In this document: positions 27,621-33,824 of the stretch, in pieces | Position numbering within the stretch: the stretch's first letter is position 1 | Layout of the letters: each line of letters begins with the position of its first letter | Assembly (NCBI GenBank): GCA_001563875.1 | Contig: LKMN01000007.1 | Span: 1-33,824 of the forward strand | Direction of reading: 5' to 3' | From: Nanohaloarchaea archaeon B1-Br10_U2g1 | GTDB taxonomy: Archaea > Nanohalarchaeota > Nanosalinia > Nanosalinales > Nanosalinaceae | DNA length: 33,824 bases | Notes under the pieces: generated by a model | What the model was told of the DNA's origin: nothing | The model's input: only the letters and a program-made list of their open reading frames with translations | Databases searched by the model: none | Translations under genes and position numbers: made by a program

Positions 27621-29450
27621 ATGAAAAACTTTCTGAAAGGACTGGGTATAGGAGTTTTAGCAGGAGCTTTAGTTCTGCTGTTCTCGTCTGCTTATGCTAC
27701 AGAAGGCTCAGATGTCAGCGTGGGTGTGACGACAGGATGTGAGCTAGGTCTTACATCTTTTGAAGGCCCGGGATACTACGATACTGGTGTCATGGGATCT
27801 AATGATACCGACCACTTTTCAGGATCTCTTGTAAATTCGGGGAACACTGATCTAGAGCTTCATTTCAATCTTTCAATCTATCCTGAGGATGATCCAACCT
27901 TACACCCTGACGTTGACGATGAGAACGGTTCCATAAAGCCTATGCCCTTAGACGGCCAACAGGGTAACTACACCTTCATCTCGAATCTTCCAAGTGAGAC
28001 GCAGACAGTCAACAACACCAGGTTTCAGAACTTTCTAATCCATTTTGCTTCAGGAGGTACCTTTGGACCTGGAAACTATACTGCTGAAGCTGTAGTAGAC
28101 TATGTCTGTGATGGGAACATAACGGAGGATGAAGATGATGAGTTGACAGAGCTCTCAACCTCGGAGGATAACGAAACCGAGAATGATGACAACGGCGGAG
28201 ATGAGGAGGAAAATGGACAGACAGATTATGATGTTGTTGAAGATACAGATGGTAACGTAACTGATGAGGTAGACTTTGAGATAATTGAAATACCGGCAGA
28301 TGGAGATGCTCCGGACGATGTCGGAGATGAGGACGATGTAGATTTCGAACTCGATGCCGATGCTATAATTGAGAGATTAAACGAGACAGGAGAAGTAGAC
28401 ACTGATGTGAACGAAACAGAGGATGTTGAATTAGCATTAGATGCAGTTATAGAGGAACTTGAAGAGGCTGCAGAGCTTGACACAGATGTTGATGAAGAGG
28501 AGGATGCTGATCCTCAGGAAGGAGATTCGGATGCTCCTGGAGAAACACCGGAGCCTGAACCCGAGCCGGAACCGGAACCCGATCCGAGACTAGAGATAGA
28601 GATTACGCCTGTTAACCATACCTATGACGCAGTCCAAGGCCAGTTCGCGCCCGCTGCCCTTGAGGTAGAGAACTTTGCTGATGAGCCTGTCGAAGATTTT
28701 GAGCTAGATCCGTTGATAGATGAGACTGACCCCGATTGGGGTGTGGAAACAGCTGATATAGACTCTATTGAGCCTGAAGAGGTGTTGGAAAGAGATGTTT
28801 ACGTTCAGCCTCCGAGCGATATTGAGCCAGGAGAGTATACCGTACCTGTTACAGCAGAGGATGAGGAAGTTGTAATGGATATAGATTACTTTACCGTTGA
28901 CGTAGAGGAGTCGGAGTTTGATCCGTTTATAGAGATAGTTGAAGCACCTCAGAATATCAATTTAGAGGTTGAAGAGGAAGAGGATATACCTATACTAGTT
29001 GAGAATGTTGGAGAGACCAACCTAACGAATATTGGAGGTCAGGTTCAGAACATAGATTCGTGCGGTAATGCTACAGTATCCGAAGTAGACTTCATGGATG
29101 AGAACGAGTCTGAATCGATGACTATAAACTTCAACGCCTCAGAGGAAACTGAGGAGTGTGAAACCACTCTTATTGTATCTTCCGAGGATGGGGCATACAG
29201 TTTTGCAGACATGACCGTAACCGTGGTTCCTGAGGAGGCTTTGTTGCCTCGTGAACAGGAGGTGCCTATAGTTGCGATTTCCTGGACCTTGTTGCTGGTA
29301 GCCTATGCGGTCATGAGGAAGAAATATGACTTGGACTCTGTAGTTGTTAACATCCCTTTCATACTCCTGATAATAGGGCAGACCATCATTATACTCTACC
29401 TAGTCGCACATTACTACGGACTGGCGGGCTCATCAATCCTGCCGTTCTAA
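27621..29450 (+). CDS. large acidic cell-surface glycoprotein with Ig-like (CARDB/NEW3-like) domains and C-terminal membrane helices
   Basis: Signal peptide, very acidic linker, PE repeat, LEVENF..VQPP..PGEY and VENVGETNL motifs, two C-terminal hydrophobic helices. Confidence 0.8.
   Translation: MKNFLKGLGIGVLAGALVLLFSSAYATEGSDVSVGVTTGCELGLTSFEGPGYYDTGVMGSNDTDHFSGSLVNSGNTDLELHFNLSIYPEDDPTLHPDVDDENGSIKPMPLDGQQGNYTFISNLPSETQTVNNTRFQNFLIHFASGGTFGPGNYTAEAVVDYVCDGNITEDEDDELTELSTSEDNETENDDNGGDEEENGQTDYDVVEDTDGNVTDEVDFEIIEIPADGDAPDDVGDEDDVDFELDADAIIERLNETGEVDTDVNETEDVELALDAVIEELEEAAELDTDVDEEEDADPQEGDSDAPGETPEPEPEPEPEPDPRLEIEITPVNHTYDAVQGQFAPAALEVENFADEPVEDFELDPLIDETDPDWGVETADIDSIEPEEVLERDVYVQPPSDIEPGEYTVPVTAEDEEVVMDIDYFTVDVEESEFDPFIEIVEAPQNINLEVEEEEDIPILVENVGETNLTNIGGQVQNIDSCGNATVSEVDFMDENESESMTINFNASEETEECETTLIVSSEDGAYSFADMTVTVVPEEALLPREQEVPIVAISWTLLLVAYAVMRKKYDLDSVVVNIPFILLIIGQTIIILYLVAHYYGLAGSSILPF
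28548..28586 (+). repeat. Pro-Glu linker repeat
   Basis: Encodes PEPEPEPEPEPDP. Confidence 0.85.
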
Positions 29451-29972
29451 AATCATGCCTATATTTTTGAGACTCGTGCTAAGGATGCCAAGCATAAAGA
29501 AAAGTTTTACAGGTAGATTATAGAAAGGATCGACACCCAAAATGTCCAAGAACCGCTCTATATCTCCATGACCTCCTATAGTCAGCATTATTGAGAGAAA
29601 AGCTCCTGTACCTGCTGCAGTAAAGAAAGATGCCTCAAAGTTGTCCTCTCTTTTCAGTCCTAGAACACTGAAAGCTGAACCCATGACTATAGTTCCAATA
29701 TACCCTATACTGTAAAATAGAAGTAACTGGGTGTCGTTAAGTGTGCAGATAGGCTGTATAGAGGCATAAAAACCGTTAAGCAGGGAAAAACCAGGTTCTA
29801 TATTATAGAAACAGTCATAGAAAACAAGTACCGCTATATGTCCAAGTTCGTGTACCAGCTGTCCTCCCACAAGAAAAAACGCAAGAAATACCGATGCTAT
29901 AGATAGATTCTTGAGAAAGCTTTCCTTTCTCCCTGATTTCTCTAAATCTTTGTAGTATTTTTCAGGATACAT
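29433..29972 (-). CDS. membrane HExxH metalloprotease-like protein (M50/site-2-like)
   Basis: VHELGH in TM helix, distal GHGD candidate third ligand, about 4 TM helices. Confidence 0.65.
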   Translation of the reverse strand: MYPEKYYKDLEKSGRKESFLKNLSIASVFLAFFLVGGQLVHELGHIAVLVFYDCFYNIEPGFSLLNGFYASIQPICTLNDTQLLLFYSIGYIGTIVMGSAFSVLGLKREDNFEASFFTAAGTGAFLSIMLTIGGHGDIERFLDILGVDPFYNLPVKLFFMLGILSTSLKNIGMILERQD

Positions 29973-29975
29973 TAT

Positions 29976-31439
29976 TCAACCGAGCTCTTCAACAGTCTGT
30001 TTAGAGGCATTTATAGCTTCCTGTATATCGATATTCTCCATATCTCCCGTATACTGATCTATATGCATTTTTTCGAAGAAATTCAGTACTCTCTGAAGAC
30101 TTTCGTTGTCAGCTCCTTCCAAGGTGTCTGAAAGCTCTTTATACGTCATTTCTCGGTCTATATTCTCGGTGTACTCCAGATAGCCTTTCATGATATGTGC
30201 TGTCTTTATGGCGGCCTCCTTATCATTCAGCTGTTCATACTTCTGAAGTATCTCTAGAACGTTTTCAGCGTTCATACCCTGCTTCTCCTGCTCTTCTTCC
30301 TCACTACCTCTATCGAATATGCCTGAGATCTTTGACTTGAACTGTTTAAGATCCTTTAAACGGTCTTTTTCATCTTTTGTTTCGTCTTTTGATTTAACAG
30401 CACCCATCAACATTTCAAGGTCTTCCTCTGCTTCCTCCCGGATTTCCTCCTCATCTTTCTCTTCTCCCTCTTTTTCACTTTTACTCTCCTCCTCAGGAAG
30501 ACTTTCACTTATCTTTTTCAGATCCTCAGTTGTTGCAGATTTCAGATCTTCCTCGTCGAATCCATGGTCTGTAAGCTCTTCTATGAGCTGTTCTCTCTCT
30601 TCTTTCTCATCTTTCAGCTCTTTTAAATGTTCTAGACTTATATCTTCAAGCTCTTCTTCTGTAAGCTCAATGTCCAGATGCTCCAGTATCTCTCTCTTCT
30701 CATCTAGCTCGTCACTCTCTTCTGTCTTCTTCTGGTCGGAGTTCCTCTCATCTTCTGGTTCTGTCTCCTGCTCTTCTTCAGATTCTGTATCTTCTCCTTC
30801 TATCTCTTTACTTACCTCATCCAAGGCGTCAGCTATCTCATCGTACTCCTCAGAACCTTCTTCTAAAGGCTCTGCCTCGGTTTTAGACTCTATTGTTTCT
30901 ATGTCTTGTTTCAGTTTTTCGATATCTTTTTCAGCTTCCTCTATATCTTCGTCTATATTCAGTTTGTCTATCTGTTTTTGAAGGAACCCTTTGGCGGTTT
31001 TACGGTCTTTAACTGTTTTTTCTGCATCCAGTAGTTCTTGAAGCTCATCGTTCCCTAGGTTGTGCTGTCTTACGTAGCCTTTAAGCTGGTCTACGGTCCC
31101 TCCTACAAGCTGTAAAAGTGTTTCTGTATCGATTTCCTCGGTCTCAGCCGCCTCCTGGAAGAGCTCATAATCTTCAAGCTCTGATATAATACTTTCTATA
31201 TGATCAATCTCCTCTTTTGCCAGGTTCAATGTACTGGATACTTCTCTTTCTTCAATACGTCTTTCCAAGAACTCTATAACAGTTTTACGCTTCTTGGAGG
31301 CTTTCTCCGTCTCAAGAATCTGCTGTAACTGTCTATCTGTAAGGCTGTTTTCTGAAACATACTTCTTTAGGTCGTTTACCGTCCCGTCTATTACAGCTAC
31401 TAGTTCAGGTATGTTCAGATCTTGGGTTTCTTCTGACAT
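29976..31439 (-). CDS. very acidic coiled-coil protein with tandem N-terminal repeat
   Basis: Two GTVxxLKxYV...EKxxKxRKT units 95 aa apart; C-terminal KGYLE...EMTYKEL helical domain. Confidence 0.8.
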   Translation of the reverse strand: MSEETQDLNIPELVAVIDGTVNDLKKYVSENSLTDRQLQQILETEKASKKRKTVIEFLERRIEEREVSSTLNLAKEEIDHIESIISELEDYELFQEAAETEEIDTETLLQLVGGTVDQLKGYVRQHNLGNDELQELLDAEKTVKDRKTAKGFLQKQIDKLNIDEDIEEAEKDIEKLKQDIETIESKTEAEPLEEGSEEYDEIADALDEVSKEIEGEDTESEEEQETEPEDERNSDQKKTEESDELDEKREILEHLDIELTEEELEDISLEHLKELKDEKEEREQLIEELTDHGFDEEDLKSATTEDLKKISESLPEEESKSEKEGEEKDEEEIREEAEEDLEMLMGAVKSKDETKDEKDRLKDLKQFKSKISGIFDRGSEEEEQEKQGMNAENVLEILQKYEQLNDKEAAIKTAHIMKGYLEYTENIDREMTYKELSDTLEGADNESLQRVLNFFEKMHIDQYTGDMENIDIQEAINASKQTVEELG

Positions 31440-31472
31440 ATAAAATAGAGTTTAAAGCTCGTTAATAATGTT

Positions 31473-32435
31473 TCATGGGAGAATGCTGTAACGTGTTGAA
31501 CCTAGAAGCCACTCAGTAACTATGAGTAAGGCAGCTAGGAAGATAAAGTAAACTGATATATCGGTCTCGACAGTAGTCCTCTCAAGCTCCATAATCGCGT
31601 CCTCAAGCTCTTCCTCATCTCCTACGGTTATGAAGTCGCCTCCCGTACTGTTAGAGACATGGAAAAGCTCCTCTGTATCAAGGTTAGGGTACTGTGCTTC
31701 GGTGGCATTTTCCCCATCTATAGTTCCGAACTCTGTATCGGTTGTGGCGTTCTCTTCAGGCGCTTCTCCTATGCCTACCGTGTTTATCTCAACGTTCTGA
31801 GACTGTGCGTACTCTACAGACTCGTTGATTTCGGTTCCAACTGTTTGACCTCCTTTGGTAACCATTATAACGCTTTTAGACTGATTGCTTTCTAACAGCA
31901 TTGAAGAGGATGCCTGTATTGCATCACCTAAAGCGGTTCCTGCCTCATCTCCCAACTCGATGTCTTCTATGCTCTGATGTAGTTCCTCACGGTCCTTTGT
32001 AAGCTCCTTCTCTTGTTCAACAGTTCCTGCAAAAGATATAACGCCTATGGAAGTGTCTTCGGTTGTCTGTGTTATGAAGTCCTGTGAAACATCTTTAGCT
32101 GCGTCGAAACGGTTAGGCTCTATATCGGATACAAGCATAGGGCTTGAGGAGTCAATAGCTACTACATAATCTGTTCCTGTTGACTGGACCTCTTGAACGA
32201 TAACAGGGCTTGAGATACCTACTATTAAGCTGGTTAGAGCTAGCATCTTTATGAAAAGTATGATGTTGCTTGATTTCAGGAAGTTCTTGCCCGCTACTTT
32301 CTGAAGTGTCTCGTAGTTACCGAACTTCATCGCTCGCTGTTTCTTCTTCTTTTTCGCCGCTAGGTAGAACAGAAGGATCAGTCCGTTAGCTAAGAGGAGT
32401 ATGTTCGCGTATTCATCTGTAAACATTAACTCCAT
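31473..32435 (-). CDS. BatA-like membrane vWA domain protein
   Basis: Two N-terminal TM helices, IDSSSPM, DIEPNRFDAAK, GTALGDAI, INTVGIG, C-terminal TM; start moved to ATG 32435 after GGGAGG. Confidence 0.88.
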   Translation of the reverse strand: MELMFTDEYANILLLANGLILLFYLAAKKKKKQRAMKFGNYETLQKVAGKNFLKSSNIILFIKMLALTSLIVGISSPVIVQEVQSTGTDYVVAIDSSSPMLVSDIEPNRFDAAKDVSQDFITQTTEDTSIGVISFAGTVEQEKELTKDREELHQSIEDIELGDEAGTALGDAIQASSSMLLESNQSKSVIMVTKGGQTVGTEINESVEYAQSQNVEINTVGIGEAPEENATTDTEFGTIDGENATEAQYPNLDTEELFHVSNSTGGDFITVGDEEELEDAIMELERTTVETDISVYFIFLAALLIVTEWLLGSTRYSILP

Positions 32436-32436
32436 T

Positions 32437-33330
32437 CTACCAGGCCTCCCGGTTTCCGTCGAAGTACTCTGCGAAGCGTGCTGAGAACTTGTCGCGGGTA
32501 TCAAGCTTTATGAACGCAGATCCGCCTCCCTTGATTTTCTCCTCCAAAGCCTCTTCCTCCTGTCTCGCTTTCTCGTTGAACTGTTCTCTAACCTTACTAG
32601 TGTTTACAACTAGCTGTTCAGCTCCATCGGGGCTTTCAAAACGGAAGTTCCCGGAGTCCGGAAGCTTGTAGTCTCTGAGGTCTCTGGTGACAACACTCAT
32701 CACGTGTCTGAACTTCATACTTGCTAATGTCATCTTGCTCTTCCATTCTCCACCTGTCTCTAGGAAGTCAGATATTATAAAAAGCGAGGTGTTCTCCTTT
32801 ATCTGTCCTATAACATCGTCTATGGCATCTTCCATATCTATCTTTCCGCCGTAATGCTCTGGTTTTGTTATCTCGTCGATTATAAGATCGTACTGGTCTG
32901 TACCGCCTCTGGGCGTGATGAAAACTTGTTCTTCGTCTCCGTACATACAGAAGCCGACATTGATGTTGGCGTCGATGGATGCGTATGCCAGTGCCGCCGC
33001 AACGACCGCTGCATACTCCGACTTCAGCTTCTCTGCTGTACCAAACGTCATGGTATCTGAACAGTCTAAAAGTATGAATACATCCATGTCTACCTCTTCA
33101 TCGTACTCCTTAACGTAGAGGTCTGGTGTCCCCGCAGAGTTCTTCCAGTCGATCCTTGAGGCGTCGTCACTAGGTAAGTACTGTCTTAAACCTGCGAACT
33201 CTACTCCTGAAGGCTGGAACTGGCGTTTATACTTTAGAACGAAACGGAAAAGATCTGATACACGTTTTACCTCCGCGTCCAGACCCTGTCTGATTTCCTC
33301 TCTATCCAGTAAACTGTCTTCATCTTTCAC
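32437..33330 (-). CDS. DUF58 family protein
   Basis: GVEFAGLRQY..DDASRIDWK, LDCSDTM, ISDF; downstream of MoxR; GTG start after AGGTGA. Confidence 0.92.
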   Translation of the reverse strand: MKDEDSLLDREEIRQGLDAEVKRVSDLFRFVLKYKRQFQPSGVEFAGLRQYLPSDDASRIDWKNSAGTPDLYVKEYDEEVDMDVFILLDCSDTMTFGTAEKLKSEYAAVVAAALAYASIDANINVGFCMYGDEEQVFITPRGGTDQYDLIIDEITKPEHYGGKIDMEDAIDDVIGQIKENTSLFIISDFLETGGEWKSKMTLASMKFRHVMSVVTRDLRDYKLPDSGNFRFESPDGAEQLVVNTSKVREQFNEKARQEEEALEEKIKGGGSAFIKLDTRDKFSARFAEYFDGNREAW

Positions 33331-33338
33331 CGGTTAGA

Positions 33339-33824
33339 TCACCTTACCGGTACCCTGTCCACGATATTCTGTATAACATCTTCTATCTCGAGTCCTGCAG
33401 CCTCTCCCTCGTAGTTCAAAATTATCCTGTGGACGAAAACATCTTTTACAACCGCTCTGATATCTTCAGGTGTTACATAGTGACGGCCGTTGTACAGTGC
33501 GTTTGCTCTACCAGCTAAAGCCAGGTTGATTGAAGCTCTTGGTGTACAACCCCACGCAATGTATTCAGAGTACTCTAATCCGTACTGCTCCGGGTTACGT
33601 GAAGCATCAACCAGGTCAACAATATACTCCTTGATCTCGTCACTAACAGTTACAACCTTCGCAAACTCCTGGATATCAAGAACATCTTCGCTTGTAACAA
33701 CAGCTCCAACATCGAAGTCGTTGTCATCCATAACGTTGTTGTTCATGTCGATAATCTTCTGCTCGTTATGTTTCTTAGGATAATCCAGGTAGATCTTGAA
33801 AAGGAAACGGTCGATCTGAGCCTC
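33339..33824 (-). CDS. MoxR-family AAA+ ATPase, C-terminal part (runs off window)
   Basis: Frame open to window edge: EAQIDRFLFKIYLDYP, WGCTPRASINL, GRHYVTPEDI, HRIILNYE. Confidence 0.93.
   Translation of the reverse strand, partial: EAQIDRFLFKIYLDYPKKHNEQKIIDMNNNVMDDNDFDVGAVVTSEDVLDIQEFAKVVTVSDEIKEYIVDLVDASRNPEQYGLEYSEYIAWGCTPRASINLALAGRANALYNGRHYVTPEDIRAVVKDVFVHRIILNYEGEAAGLEIEDVIQNIVDRVPVR

Noticed and set aside
30319-30981. 220-aa Ser-rich ORF on plus strand, and similar antisense ORFs at 12100-12762, 26994-27512, 5971-6441
   Set aside because: Antisense shadows of Glu/Asp-rich genes (GAA/GAG read as Ser/Phe/Leu on the other strand); fully overlapped by well-supported CDS.
1-33824. CRISPR array, rRNA gene or IS element
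   Set aside because: No regularly spaced repeats, rRNA-like sequence or transposase ORF seen; nearly all sequence is explained by CDS.

Overview
This 33.8 kb window is gene-dense archaeal chromosome with a strongly Asp/Glu-rich predicted proteome, short intergenic spaces and TATA-like boxes about 25 nt before many start codons. That fits an extreme halophile, most likely a DPANN Nanohaloarchaeon (inference). The left two-thirds is mostly housekeeping: NUDIX hydrolase, RNase HII, EndA, AN1-rhomboid, GlyRS, PGK, TrpRS, PheRS alpha/beta, NDK, Pth2, TruD, tRNA-iMet and tRNA-Val. It also holds a stand-alone HerA-family ATPase split at Walker A by a 517-aa LAGLIDADG intein, and an unannotated box C/D-type RNA after pheT. 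The right third (21.4-33.8 kb) is a cell-envelope block. It contains a processive GT2 + thioredoxin-fold + small Cys-protein operon, a membrane-tethered wHTH regulator, and a three-gene secreted/anchored surface-protein operon whose middle gene appears to start at ATC. Converging on that operon is a MoxR-DUF58-vWA-acidic scaffold-HExxH protease cluster. Best leads are the surface operon with its MoxR partner, the GT2 operon, the C/D RNA whose D guide points at tRNA C34, an EndA with Ala at the catalytic Lys position, and the two-HTH intein.
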